A stretch of 64,000 nucleotides of DNA from Macrostomum lignano (taxonomy: Eukaryota), in assembly GCA_002269645.1 (NCBI GenBank), contig NIVC01001948.1:1-64000 (forward strand), written 5' to 3'. The notes beneath the pieces were generated by a model that did not search any database, was not told the DNA's origin, and saw nothing but the letters and a program-made list of their open reading frames with translations. Made by a program: the position numbers and the translations under genes. Each line of letters starts with the position of its first letter. Position 1 is the first letter of the stretch. This document shows positions 14,553-28,509 of this stretch, in pieces.

Positions 14553-16217
14553 GAGAAGGGAGAGACACACAGGAAGGAAGCAGTGGAGCTGCAAAATGTC
14601 CAGCAGAAGCGTTGCCCCTCTGGAGCAGGCCGCAATCAAGCAGACAAGCGCCTAGTTGGCAGGATACTTGAATTCGCACTCGAGTGTGACTGATCTAATT
14701 TAATCGCAAGCTCTATATTTATATCGCAACTTGAGGCTGACCGATAAAGTAAGAGAGTAGAGACGGAGAGAACGCTTAAACAAGACCAGAGTGAGTTCCA
14801 CTGCGTGCAGTTGAGCGTAATAAGAATTATTAGTGGCGCAGATGCTTTGCTATGCTGTGCGTTTCTCGTTTCTCATGCTGCATGCTAAGGATTTCCCCTT
14901 CCGGTTGTGCAGACTTGGCTTCGCATTCGGTCTTCACATCGACAGCTTCAGCCTATACTAAATGGGGGGTTGGCCGCTGCCGTCACATGCGCCATAGTTT
15001 TATGACCTCAAAGTGAAATTCCTGGAGACAGCCGCAGGACGGAGGCTGCATGGCTACCTGTGGGGGCCAGGGATCGAAAATGCACATGCCAATGCGACCC
15101 TGGAACCCGTCTGCGCCTACATGTCTGTCTGTTTGATTGTAAAAAAATGTTCTAAGGCAGCTATTCGCTATAGAGCCATGGAGTTCTGCAATGGAAACTT
15201 GGATTGGAAACTAGCCGCAGGGACTACTATAGGTATTGAATTGCGATGGACACTCTATATGGACAGATATTCCATTGATACATTTTTTCATATTTGCCAA
15301 AGTAGATCCAAGTGTATCCAAGCAACGTTGCGTCGAAATTCTGAGGGTGTGAGTGCGTGTCTTGTACGTGCTCAGGAGAATCGCCGTCAGCACTGGTAGT
15401 GGGACGATGTCGCTTAAAAAAAACGCTTAAAAACCCACTTCCGATTCACCAGAAGCATCAAACTTTCAACACCGGATAAAAAGTTCTCAGTGCTCGTTGA
15501 ATCGCCACTTTAGCGACTTGGTAAGACTGTGGCCGTGCGTGATGCGATGAAGATGACGCTTAGAAGAGACTGAGTGAAGAGCGAAGTTCAGTTGATTAAT
15601 TCTGGTCCGGAGGGTTTTCTAAAGAGAAAGAAAAGACGCAGACAACGCGGCGGTAGCGTGAGTCTCGGACAAGTAAGCTGATCCCGGGAGACCGCCTGGA
15701 CTTCCCGTCTATGTCTCTGATGGATTCAGAAGACAAGGCTGAGTAACATGATTAAACTTGACGCCTTACACGCTCAGTGTCGAGTGTGTCTTTATTTTCT
15801 TACAGAGGGCGATCAAAAATAGAAGACTTGATCAAGTTGATTGAACTCCGACTGAGTGTTTTCGGACCCGCTAATCACGCAAACCATTAAGTTTTGTTGG
15901 CTTGTTGTTTCCATTCGAAGTCAAAGGATTTAGAGCTAGAGAGAAAGAGTAGGGTAGGGATTAAAGAAATGGGAATACAAGAAGGGGAGCATTGGATTAG
16001 GGATAATAACGGTTCCAGAGAGTACCTTAATTAATGTAAACAAAGACGAAACATCAACATCAACCTGTCTCAAAATATGCCCCCGGCAACTGTCTGAGTG
16101 TCAATGTACAGTCAAAATTGTCAGAAAAACTCGTCAAAGTGGCCGAAAAAGTGTCAGAAAATCTAGAGTGGCCAGGTGACACGATGTCAAATTATGCATC
16201 AAAAAGTCTCAGAGAGG

Positions 16218-16645
16218 TGCCAAAAGTGTGTCAGAAGAAGCGTCAAAAGTGTGTCAGAAGAAGCGCCAAAAGTGTATCAGAAGAAGCGTCAAAAGTATGT
16301 CAGAAGAAGCGTCAAAAATGTGTCAGAAGAAGCGTCAAAAGTGTGTCAGAAGAAGCGCCAAAAGTGTGTCAGAAGAAGCGCCAAAAGTGTATCAGAAGAA
16401 GCGTCAAAAGTATGTCAGAAGAAGCGTCAAAAATGTGTCAGAAGAAGCGCTAAAAGTGTATCAGAAGAAGCGTCAAAAGTGTATCAGAAGAAGCGCCAAA
16501 AGTGTATCAGAAGAAGCGCCAAAAGTGTATCAGAAGAAGCGCCAAAAGTGTGTCAGAAGAAGCGCCAAAAGTGTGTCAGAAGAAGCGTCAAAAGTGTATC
16601 AGAAGAAGCGTCAAAATGTGTCAGAAGAAGCGCCAAAAATGTATC
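16218..16645. repeat. 23-bp minisatellite (CAGAAGAAGCGTCAAAAGTGTGT)
   Basis: Direct reading. Confidence 0.93.
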
Positions 16646-17269
16646 AGAAAAATCCAGAAATTTGTCAGACAAGACGCAGAAATCAGTCATCAACAGAGAC
16701 GCAAAATTAAGCCAAATGAGTATGATAAAACAAATAAAGTAATAAGTTGTCAATAAAAGAATTTTTCACAACTCACTTGCCTAGTTGATCGTCAATAGTC
16801 GAAATAACTCCGTCAAGATAGAGACAAAAATACTTCTCAGATATAAAGTTACGATTGAATTTGATTCCAATATGAGCAAATGAGGCACTGATTGGGAATC
16901 AGTGGACTGTAGCAGCGGCGGCAGCAGTGGACACCGGTTCCTGCTAGTTGTATCCGGGGGCAGAAGCACTCGACCAGTTGCAGAGCTCGCCTCATTGGCT
17001 GACTGTCAGCCCTGCGCTAAGCTTCGTCCCTTTGGCTGAATAACTAAACTATTTCTAAACCTAGTCTGCAGCCACAGTTGCTGCTCCAAAGCTGATCTAC
17101 AATAGAAACGTGAATTAGTCTAAAATAATCGGGAAATGTGTACATCGGGAATGACTCATGTCTACTTACGCTTGGATTACGGTACTAAATTTAGATATAG
17201 AGAGGCATTAATCATTGTTAGCGACAATGAGTCAGCAATCATAACAACTCAATATAGGCAGACAATATT

Positions 17270-18816
17270 CATTATGAGTCACTAGACAAATAGACAGACA
17301 ATAATCATCATGAGTCACTAGATAGAGACAGACAATAATCATCATGAGTCACTAGATAGAGTGACAACAATCATCATGAGTCACTAGATAGAGACAGACA
17401 ATAATCATCATGAGTCACTAGATAGAGTGACAATAATCATCATGAGTCACTAGACAGAGAGACAGACAATAATCATCATGAGTCTCTAGATAAAGACAGA
17501 CAATAATCATCATGAGTCACTAGACAGTGAGACGTACAATAATCATCATGAGTCACTAGATAGAGACAGACAATAATCATCATGAGTCACTAGATAGAGA
17601 CAGACAATAATCATCATGAGTCACTGGATAGAGTGACAATAATCATCATGAGTCACTAGATAGAGACAGGAAATAATCATCATGAGTCGCTAGATAAGAA
17701 CAGACAATAATCATCATGAGTCACTAGATAGAGACAGACAATAATCATCATGAGTCACTAGATAGAGTGACAATAATCATCATGAGTCACTAGATAGAGA
17801 CAGACAATAATCATCATGAGTCACTAGATAGAGTGACAATAATCATCATGAGTCACTAGATAGAGACAGACAATAATCATCATGAGTCACTAGATAGAGA
17901 CAGACAATAATCATCATGAGTCACTAGATAGAGTGACAATAATCATCATGAGTCACTAGACAGAGAGACAGACAATAATCATCATGAGTCACTAGATAGA
18001 GACAGACAATAATCATCATGAGTCACTGGATAGAGTGACAATAATCATCATGAGTCACTAGATAGAGTGACAAAAATCATCATGAGTCTCTAGATAAAGA
18101 CAGACAATAATCATCATGAGTCACTAGATAAAGACAGACAATAATCATCATGAGTCACTGGATAGAGTGACAATAATCATCATGAGTCACTAGATAGAGT
18201 GACAATAATCATCATGAGTCGCTAGATAAGAACAGACAATAATCATCATGAGTCACTAGATAGAGACAGACAATAATCATCATGAGTCACTAGATAGAGT
18301 GACAATAATCATCATGAGTCACTAGATAGAGACAGACAATAATCATCATGAGTCACTAGATAAGAACAGACAATAATCATCATGAGTCACTGGATAGAGA
18401 CAGACAATAATCATCATGAGTCACTGGATAGAGTGACAATAATCATCATGAGTCACTAGATAGAGTGACAATAATCATCATGAGTCTCTAGATAAAGACA
18501 GACAATAATCAGAATGAGTCACTAGATAGAGACAGACAATAATCAGAATGAGTCACTGGATAGAGTGACAATAATCATCATGAGTCACTAGATAGAGACA
18601 GACACTAATCATCATGAATCACTGGATAGAGTGACAATAATCATCATGAGTCACTAGATAGAGACAGACAATAATCATCATGAGTCACTAGATAGAGACA
18701 GACAATAATTATCATGAGTCACTAGATAGAGACAGACAATAATCATCATGAGTCACTAGATAGAGACAGACAATAATCATCATGAGTCACTAGATAGAGT
18801 GACAATAATCATCATG
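17270..18816. repeat. 32/34-bp minisatellite (GACAATAATCATCATGAGTCACTAGATAGA-GT/GACA), about 47 copies
   Basis: Two interspersed length variants; no ORF of 60 aa or more in any frame. Confidence 0.97.
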
Positions 18817-19619
18817 AATATATACTAAAAAGAAGTCAATATTCAGTACTAGTGAATTATCACTGTATTGAATAGTTCTTGCTCCCCTAGTAGCAGAAAA
18901 ATTGCCTCAGCCGGCAAGCAGCTGCTAGTTGGGATCTCAGAAGACGCGCTTGAATATTCTTTATGCATAATTCAGCCTACAGTCAGATTAGGTTGTGCGT
19001 GGCTGCGGCAGAAAGTCGCAGAAATCCAAACAGCTGAAGAAAATTACGCCTTGCACTTGCCAGTTGATCGCTCTATACCAGATACATATTATTCTATTTG
19101 CTCACAGCGGTGCCTGGACACTCGGGATGATGGCTCTCCCCGATCGGTAACGAGGCAAACGCAGAGTTTTTTTGCAATCTATATTTATCCTCTCAGAGAG
19201 CAGTTGAATTTCTTGAGTTGAGAAATCAGTCCAAGCCTCACACAAGATAATGACGCCTCATCAAGGCTCCTCGGATCCGGGATGAGCTTGTATAAAAATT
19301 AAATTTGTGTCTTTCCTTCGCCAATCGGGATCAGCAATCTTCAGTTCTCTGGGGATAACAGAAGAGACCCGGTATATTTTGCTAGCACAATTTCTGTTTC
19401 AGCAACAGAATATTAATGCTCACAAGGATCTAGAGCTGTTGGGGTCCTTCTGGGGTTCATATCCTGTGGGATATGATGAAGCTTTGATGCTGTGTACTTT
19501 TACGCTCGTTTGCTATGTATTTAAGGTTATTATGTATGATTCTACGAGCTACGTTATTAATTAACAAATGTATAAAAAAAATAATAAATATTTGTAAAAC
19601 TAATGGTCACACTAACGGT

Positions 19620-20960
19620 GAGAAGAAAAAGAGGAGACTAAGAGGGAGAGACGGAGAGAGGGAGAAAGGGAAAGAGAGAGAGGGAAAGAGGAAGTGAGAG
19701 TTGGAGTGAAGCAGGGAAAGGGAGAAAGGTAGGAGAGGGAGAGTGAGAGTGGGAGAGAGGGAGAGTGAGAGGGAGGAGAGGGAGAGAAGGAGGGAGAGGG
19801 GGGAAGGAGAGAGAGAGAGACAGAGAAAGAAGAAGAGGCAGAGAGAGAGCAAGAGGAGAGAGGGGGAGAGAGAGGCAGGGAGAGAAGTAGAGCAAGAGGA
19901 GAGAGGGGGAGAGAGAGGCAGGGAGAGAAGAAGAGCAAGAGGAGAGAGGGGGAGAGAGAGAGACAGGGAGAGAAGGAGAGCAAGAGGAGATAGGGGGAGA
20001 GAGAGAGGCAGGGAGAGAAGGAGAGCAAGAGGAGAGAAGGAGAGAGAGAGAGGCAGGGAGAGAAGGAGAGCAAGAGGAGATAGGGGGAGAGAGAGAGGCA
20101 GGGAGAGAAGGAGAGCAAGAGGAGAGAGGGGGAGAGAGAGAGGCAGGGAGAGAAGGAGAGCAAGAGGAGAGAGGGGGAGAGAGAGAGGCAGGGAGAGAAG
20201 TAGAGCAAGAGGAGAGAGGGGGAGAGAGAGAGGCAGGGAGAGAAGTAGAGCGAGAGAAGAGAGGGGGAGAGAGAGAGACAGGGAGAGAAGGAGAGCAAGA
20301 GGAGAGAGGGGGAGAGAGAGAGGCAGGGAGAGAAGAAGAGCAAGAGGAGAGAGGGGGAGAGAGAGAGACAGGGAGAGAAGGAGAGCAAGAGGAGAGAGGG
20401 GGGAGAGAGAGAGAGGCAGGGAGAGAAGGAGAGCAAGAGGAGAGAGGGAGAGAGAGAGGCAGGGAGAGAAGGAGAGCAAGAGGAGAGAGGGGGAGAGAGA
20501 GGCACGGAGAGAAGTAGAGCAAGAGGAGGGAGGGGGAGAGAGAGAGGCAGGGAGAGAAGGAGAGCAAGAGGAGAGAGGGGGAGAGAGAGAGGCAGGGAGA
20601 GAAGTAGAGCAAGAGGAGAGAGGGGGAGAGAGAGAGGCAGGGAGAGAAGGAGAGCAAGAGGAGAGAGGGGGAGAGAGAGAGGCAGGGAGAGAAGTAGAGC
20701 GAGAGAAGAGAGGGGGAGAGAGAGAGACAGGGAGAGAAGGAGAGCAAGAGGAGAGAGGGGGAGAGAGAGAGACAGGAAGAGAAGGAGAGCAAGAGGAGAG
20801 AGGGGGAGAGAGAGAGGCAGGGAGAGAAGGAGAGCAAGAGGGGAGAGGGGGAGAGAGAGAGGCAGGGAGAGAAGGAGAGCAAGAGGGGAGAGGGGGAGAG
20901 CGAGAAAGAGGGAGAGACAGAGACAGGGAGAGGAGGAGAGGGGTGGAGAGAGAGGAAGCG
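19620..20960. repeat. GA-rich approx. 42-bp minisatellite / low-complexity tract
   Basis: Recurring GAGAGGCAGGGAGAGAAGGAGAGCAAGAGGAGAGAGGGG. Confidence 0.93.
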
Positions 20961-21544
20961 GTAGATATAGAGAGATGGAGCGGGAGTCGGTGGAGAGGAG
21001 GCCACAGGCAGGAGCGAACAGGTAAACAGACCAGTGCAGCAGTGCCAATCGAATAAATCCCGGCGGGCAGCCACCCTCGGTTCCAATTAGTCGGTGGGAA
21101 AATCTACGAAAAAATCTTAAAATTGAACTTTCCATTCCCTTGGCTTTACGCCGAATCCCATTCCAACTAGTAATTAATTTCCACATCTTACGTTTAGCAT
21201 AATCATCGGTGATTCTGGCTCGCGCAAAGGCATGCCCCATCAATAATTAATAGCAGCTTACATTAGTGCAGCGGGAGGCCGTGCACTTACTGCCCAGCAA
21301 CAGTCATAAACATTAAAGCGGCCGAGTCATGGGATGGGTTGAAGGCTGAGAGGGAATCTATATTTTCAGTTAGATAAGAGTTCAGTAGGGATCATTCCGA
21401 AGGCTTCTCTGAGTTTGACTATAATACTCTCAATAATTATTATAACTAGTAAATAATATTTGAGAAGATGCTTAGAAGCTGCTCCGATCGATAAAAATTA
21501 ATCGAAAGAAAAGCGAAGGAGCGAAGGAAGGATCATTTTGGAAG

Positions 21545-22225
21545 TGTCTGGGCTTTATCTGAGGGTTTTTAATGGGTGTGGGGTTTATCTGAAGGTTTTT
21601 AATGAGTGTGGGGTTTATCTGAGGGTTTTTAATGGGTGTGGGGGTTATCTGAGGGTTTTTAATGAGTGTGGGGTTTTTCTGAAGGTTTTGAATGAGTGTG
21701 GGGTTTATCTGAGGGCTTTGAATGGGTGTGGGGTTTATCTGAGGGTTTTGAATGAGTGTGGGGTTTATCTGAGGGTTTTTATTGGGTGTGGGGTTTATCT
21801 GAGGGTTTTGAATAGGTGTGGGGTTTATCTGAGGGTTTTTAATGGGTGTGGGGTTTTTCTGAAGGTTTTTAATGGGTGTGGGGTTTATCTGAGGGTTTTG
21901 AATGGGTGTGGGGTTTATCTGAGGGTTTTGAATGGGTGTGGGGTTTATCTGAGGGTTTTGAATGGGTCTGGGGGTTATCTGAGGGTTTTGAATTAGTGTG
22001 GGGTTTATCTGAGGGTTTTGAATTAGTGTGGGGTTTATCTGAGGGCTTTGAATAGGTGTGGGGTTTATCTGAGGGTTTTGAATCGGTGTGAGGTTTATCT
22101 GAGGGTTTTGAATGGGTCTGGGGGTTATCTGAGGGTTTTGAATCGGTGTGGGGTGTATCTGGGGTTTTTGAATAGGTGTTGGGTTTATCTGAGGGTTTTG
22201 AATGGGTGTGGGGTTTATATGAGGG
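21545..22225. repeat. 30-bp minisatellite (GGGTTTATCTGAGGGTTTTGAATGGGTGTG)
   Basis: Direct reading, about 22 copies. Confidence 0.95.
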
Positions 22226-22504
22226 TTTGGAGCTTTTCGGGTCAGCAATTGATACTTTAAGCTTTGCTTGTCCAAAAAAGAACAACAAGGATTCGAAGCT
22301 CAGATAATGAAGTTAATCCTTGAGCTTCTTGGCTCAGCTGTTTCGCTCTCAGAAAATTGATTAATTTGACATTTGTTTGGAAATTATTCTATTTGAATAA
22401 ATTTTTGGGATAACTTTGGAATTCATGGACTTTTATGTAACTTAAATTTTGTTCAGGCAACGAGCGTTCCCAGCTGAGAAATGACTATAGAATCTTATGA
22501 TCTT

Positions 22505-22695
22505 ATAGTCATTAAAGATCATAGATATAAATCTTGTAGATCTTCGCTAGATATCTTGTAGATTTCAGCTACGCTCGTATATATCTTATAGATCTCAGCC
22601 TGATATATTATAGATCTCAGCTAGATATCTTATAGATCTCACTTAGATATCTTATAAATCTCATCTAGATTATCTTACAGACTTCAACTATAGAT
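22505..22695. repeat. Degenerate approx. 22-bp repeat (TAGATATCTTATAGATCTCAGC)
   Basis: Several diverged copies rich in GATATC/AGATCT. Confidence 0.7.
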
Positions 22696-23237
22696 ATCTC
22701 GCAGTTTTCATGCAGTTAGAGAAGCCGGAAAAGTACAGCAACAGTTTCAAAAATTCCGGGCGTAAAGTCGGTTTCTTTCTATGAAAATGGGCGCAAGACT
22801 TACAGATAAAAGGCGCGCACCGACAAACGAGTAAGACGCACTCTGTTAAACAGAGATTAGGCTGACCTCGAGACCAAAGTCTAATCATATCGCATGAGAT
22901 CTTGCATGGGTTTATCTAGCTCACAGCTCACAGCCCACAGGTAGTACCTGGCAGTTCTGATCTTGATAGCGCGGGTCGCTTACTCGACTCGCAAACTCCC
23001 TTACTCACGATTTAGTAAAATCTGCAACACTTCTGCTTTTGTAGAAGAATTCGAATTTTTTATAGTTCGGTTTCGAGTTTTGCGATTAGAGATAAGGAAA
23101 ATTGCTGCTCAAGGTATGCATAGTGGGTCAGGTTGACTCGATTGGAAATAATAATGTCGTCAAGGGGTTATATAAACGGTTATTACAATGCAAACAAGAA
23201 GCAAAGCTTGTCCAGGTAAAGACACGACAACTCATCC

Positions 23238-26200
23238 ATGTCTGCAGACAACTTGCCAGAAGATTCACTTCGATTGAACCCGAATCAGTACGGGTCTGTT
23301 CAGTCAGGGAATGAGTAAGTTGCCTAGGTGGTCTGTTGATGACTGGTAGCACCACCAGACAGGGCCAGCACCAGTAACAGCACCAACATCTACAGTACAA
23401 CAAAAAACCCACGACACCTACATCTACAACAACACCCACAAGACCAAAATCTACAACAACAACAGCCACAACGCCGACATCCACAGCAACAACACCAAAA
23501 ACATCTACAAAATCACCCACAGCCCTAACATCCACAGCACCAACATTCATAAAACAACACCCACAAGACAAACATCCGAACAAAAGCACCCACAAGACCG
23601 AAAATTACAACAACACCCACAACAGCACCAACAATACCACCACCGAAAACAACATGTCTAACAAAGTTTAAAGTCTAAAATCAGAGAGCGCGCCACAGTT
23701 TTTCGTCAGTCAACAAAAAAATGACATAAAACACGCCAAAAAAACTTTCTCCGCAGCGGTGCTACACGTCATTCGTGGCCGGGCTCGCAGCCGGCTCGCG
23801 GCGGGCTACTGTCGTTGCCAACAAGATTCGGCCAGAGATTCTTCCCACTGGGCTACTGGAAAGAATTTCGCGCACTTTCCAAACTGCATTTGCCAGCATT
23901 TCTTACCTGCTTCTTCCAGGTGTTCCTGCAGACAATCAGCGTGATCATGTGCGGCCACCTGTCCAAGGAGCAGCTGGATGCGGCCGCTCTAGCCTGCACT
24001 CTCATCAACGTGGCTGGCATGGGAATCGGCCTGGGCCTGTCAACCGGCTGCGACACCTACTTCGCCCAGACCTACGGCAGCGCCTACAAAAAACGAGTCG
24101 GTATCTACCTGCAACGCAGTCTGATCGTTATGTACATGTTTCTGGTTCCTGTGTACTGCCTGCACCTGCACATGAAACCGCTGTTGCTACTGTTAGGCCA
24201 GGACCCAGTGGTCAGCGATATGGCCTCGCACTACATCCTGATCTTCATGCCGGGCGTGTTCTTTGACTACACATTCCTAGTGCTGGCCCGGTACATGCAG
24301 ACCCAGAACCGGGTGACTCCGCCGCTCATCTGCGCCTTCATCGGCAACTTGTTCAACGCGGTGTCCCAGTACGTGGCTATCTACGTGCTGGGCTATCAGT
24401 ACGAGGCGTCGGCTGCCTGCCAGGCTGCGTCCTTGATGGTGATGTGCACCAGCCTCATCATCTACATCCGCGTGTCGGGAGTCTATAAGGAAACCTGGGA
24501 CGGCTGGACCCTGGAGGCTCTCTACGATATTAAAGGATTTGTTCGGCTGGCGGTGCCGGGACTCTTGCTGGTTGCTTTGGAGGAATTCTGTTATGAGGTG
24601 AGCCTGCGCAAACCCCCGAGAGAGTCTTTTAGGAAGTCATTTGTGATGTGTTGCAACTCATAAAGTTTCTCAACTTTGTCAAACAAAGATCGAAATCTGA
24701 TTGTTGGGGTCCTCGTTGTACAATCACCATTGACTATGCAAGCTGCATACTACTAAGTAGGTAAATAATAAGTAGCTAGTTATGGTAGCTGTTCCTTCAA
24801 ACAGTTGGAGAAATGTACGAAAGCTGACGACAAAACAGAGCAATCGTAATTCTGACTGGTCTGGGCAGACCCAATTTGCAGAGCTGTTACAGCAGCAATT
24901 CCTGTCAAATTTGCTACGGCAACCTTGGGCAGCCTGCACAGAACTGTGTTCTTCAAGACGAACAACACTGCACTACATCGAGCAGCTCGGGGTTCCAGAT
25001 ATGTCTCCAGAACCCCACCGAGCATGTCTGAGACTTTGTAAAAAGACTTCGAAAAGTTCAGCAAGGGTGCCCGAATGCCAGAATACATCTGAATCCAGTT
25101 GCGACTGGGGGTTCTGAATGCCTGCTGGTGATCAGCTGGTGATCAGGATGTCACGGTGGCAAGTTGACAGAACTTTTGCATGCTCGTGATTCATGCACAT
25201 GTATGGCCGGGCGTCGTAGTCTTCGTGGTCTGACAATAATTTGGGGCTAAAATGGAATCTCGGCTTGGCTCTGCTCGTGCAATTAACGTTCTCGTGGCCC
25301 AACCCCCAAGGCACAGTGAAGTGTACATGCCTAACGATAAATAAAGTTAGGGCCGCTGTACACTCCTGTGTGAGTGTGTGCCTGTGCGTATGACTGCGTA
25401 CGTATCCGCGCGCTTGTGTGCCTGCTCAGGGGAGTCGGCGGAATGGGCAGTAATGCCTCTCGCCGGTTAGTGTTTGACAATGGTATATCCTTCTGCATCT
25501 TCTGCATCCCGACTGCAGAAAAGTGCATTGACTAGTGTTTCCACATAGGCGGTTTCCACATTTATAATTATAAATTAAAAATTAATCATTTAATAATTAA
25601 TAATTGGGTGAGTTCGAGAGTAAGTTCGGGGGGCATGTTGCTGATTCCTTTACCGACAGTGTAGTACAAGCGTAACCCGAGGGCACACGTTTGCATGTAT
25701 TGTATGATCCACACTATACTATGATACCTACATGCATGTACTTGAATTTTTCTCCCTCTATTCAGGTTGGCACCTTCATCGCTGGCAGCATCAGCACATT
25801 GCAACTGGCCTCTCAGGGCATTCTCTTCCAGTGCGGCGTTCTATCCTACATGGTCTCCCTGGGCATGTCAATCTCCGTGAACATCCGCGTCGGGCAGCAC
25901 ATCGGGGCCAGACAGGTGGAGAAAGCGAAGCACACGTACAGAGTGGCAGTCACCATGATTCTGACTACGTCAACGATACTGTGCATCGTGTTCGCCACCT
26001 GCCAGAAGCAAGTTGCCAGCCTGTTTACAAGCGACCCGATGGTTCTGGAGGCCACCGGAGAGATCCTCACCGTCTACGCCCCGTTCGCGTACGCCGACGG
26101 TTTGTCCGCCACGGCATCCGGTGTGCTGAAGGGCAGCGGCCGTCAGCTGATTGGTGCGATTGTCAACATTGTCGCGTACTACCTGGTGGCTCTGCCCATC

Positions 26201-26731
26201 GGCATCCCGCTGAGTCTGCTCACCCCGATGCAGATCAGCGGCTTCTGGGTCGGCCTTCTCATCGGTTTAACAGGCGAGACCTTCGTGTTCTGGCTGATCA
26301 TCTGGCGCACCAACTGGCACAAGGAGGTCCGCGCAGCGGCCGGTCGAATCACCGGGCAGAGGGCCAACTCGACTCTGTCGGCCAGGTCGCCTCTGATTGC
26401 CGATGAGCAGCCCGCAGTGGACTCTGAGCAAGCCATCCTGCCGCCCAGGCCGCGTCGCATTCGTCGCGAGTCTCGCGTCTATTCTGGGCCCTACGACAGC
26501 GCCATCGAGTTCGACCCCGGCCGGCCACCGAAGCTGGGGCCTCTCCGGCCGGTGCTGATCCGCCAGGGCCTGATCTGGTTCTGCCTGCTGCTGGTTCTGT
26601 CAGCTGCAGCTGTTGCCAGGTCCTATCAGGACCAGTACCTGCCAGTGCACTGGCGCCGACTGTGCATAATGCAGAGCCAATTGAACAACTCCATGGATGT
26701 GTCACCTGGTGCCAACCTTACCTATTGCTGA
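23238..26731 (+). CDS. SLC47A: Multidrug and toxin extrusion (MATE/SLC47) transporter, 627 aa
   Basis: Exons 23238-23314 (ATG...AATGA|gtaagt), 23757-24597 (ccgcag|C...GAG|gtgagc) and 25766-26731 (attcag|GTT...TGA); phases match, 1884 nt in total. MATE signatures GLSTGCDTYFAQTYG, RVGQHIGA and GVLKGSGRQLIGAIVNIVAYYLVALPIG, plus an animal-type C-terminal 13th TM (GLIWFCLLLVLSAAAV). Confidence 0.95.
23375..23665. repeat. Degenerate ACA/CAA-rich tract in MATE intron 1
   Basis: Direct reading. Confidence 0.7.
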
Positions 26732-27292
26732 TCTGGGTGGCGGTGGTAATAAGCTAGACCAGCTTGAAAATTTAACCAATTTACCTGCAACTGAAACAAA
26801 TTTCATGTCTTATTCATGTTTTCATGCCAAAACGCATGGTAATTGCTAGAATTATATAGCCTGATAAAGTTTTGTCAGTCGTAATTCTTCAATACAATAA
26901 CTTGCTGATAATATACATGATAATTACCGCATGCATTCTTCGCATCTATACAATTGGCCCGAATCGGCCGCGACTTGATAAAAATTGAGTGGCCGGTCTA
27001 CACATTATGGTAAAAAAACACTTATCCAGAATTATTGTTTTATCGGTGTACCAAATACGAGCTAATAGAATGCAATTTGCTCGAGTACTGTCGGAGTACA
27101 TCATACAGCAAATTCAGGCAGAATTTTAAAACTGCATAATGTATTACATTAGGCTTGTACAGTACACACTGTACATGTACATGTAGCAAAACAGGGAAGG
27201 ATCGCAAGATGCGACGGCTGTACCAAGGAGAGACATCCTGTTTCTTAGAAAAATATGAACGCACCTGGGCATAAACTTTTAATTCCTGTCTT

Positions 27293-28475
27293 GAAGCACT
27301 TTCCCATCATAATAAACCCGACAAATCACAACTCCGAAAGCACTTTCCCATCATAAACCCGAAAAATCACAACTCCGAAAGCACTTTCCCATTATAAACC
27401 CGAAAAATCACAACTCCGAAAGCACTTTCCCATCATAATAAACCCGACAAATCACAACTCTGAAAGCACTTTCCCATCATAATAAACCCGAAAAATCACA
27501 ACTCCGAAAGCACTTTCCCATTATAATAAACCCGACAAATCACAACTCCGAAAGCACTTTCCCATTATAATAAACCCGACAAATCACAACTCCGAAAGCA
27601 CTTTCCCATCATAAACCCGACAAATCACAACTCCGAAAGCACTTTCCCATTATAATAAACCCGACAAATCACAACTCCGAAAGCACTTTCCCATTATAAT
27701 AAACCCGACAAATCACAACTCCGAAAGCACTTTCCCATCATAAACCCGAAAAATCACAACTCCGAAAGCACTTTCCCATCATAAACCCGACAAATCACAA
27801 CTCCGAAAGCACTTTCCCATTATAATAAACCCGACAAATCACAACTCTGAAAGCACTTTCCCATCATAAACCCGACAAATCACAACTCCGAAAGCACTTT
27901 CCCATCATAAACCCGAAAAATCACAACTCCGAAAGCACTTTCCCATCATAAACCCGAAAAATCACAACTCCGAAAGCACTTTCCCATTATAAACCCGAAA
28001 AATCACAACTCCGAAAGCACTTTCCCATTATAATAAACCCGACAAATCACAACTCCGAAAGCACTTTCCCATCATAAACCCGAAAAATCACAACTCCGAA
28101 AGCACTTTCCCATTATAATAAACCCGACAAATCACAACTCTGAAAGCACTTTCCCATCATAAACCCGAAAAATCACAACTCCGAAAGCACTTTCCCATCA
28201 TAAACCCGAAAAATCACAACTCCGAAAGCACTTTCCCATCATAAACCCGAAAAATCACAACTCCGAAAGCACTTTCCCATTATAAACCCGAAAAATCACA
28301 ACTCCGAAAGCACTTTCCCATCATAAACCCGAAAAATCACAACTCCGAAAGCACTTTCCCATCATAAACCCGTAAGATATCATAACTCCGAAAGCACTTT
28401 CCCATCATAAACCCGTAAGATATCATAACTCCGAAAGCACTTTCCCATCATAAACCCGTAAGATATCATAACTCC
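27293..28475. repeat. 41/44-bp minisatellite (CTCCGAAAGCACTTTCCCATCATAAACCCGAAAAATCACAA, optional extra AAT)
   Basis: Direct reading, about 28 copies. Confidence 0.96.
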
Positions 28476-28509
28476 AAAAACCAAAATAGATTTCGGAGTT
28501 GTATGATAC

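Noticed and set aside
15013-15399. 128-aa plus-strand ORF
   Set aside because: GTG start, no recognisable family and no convincing splice partners.
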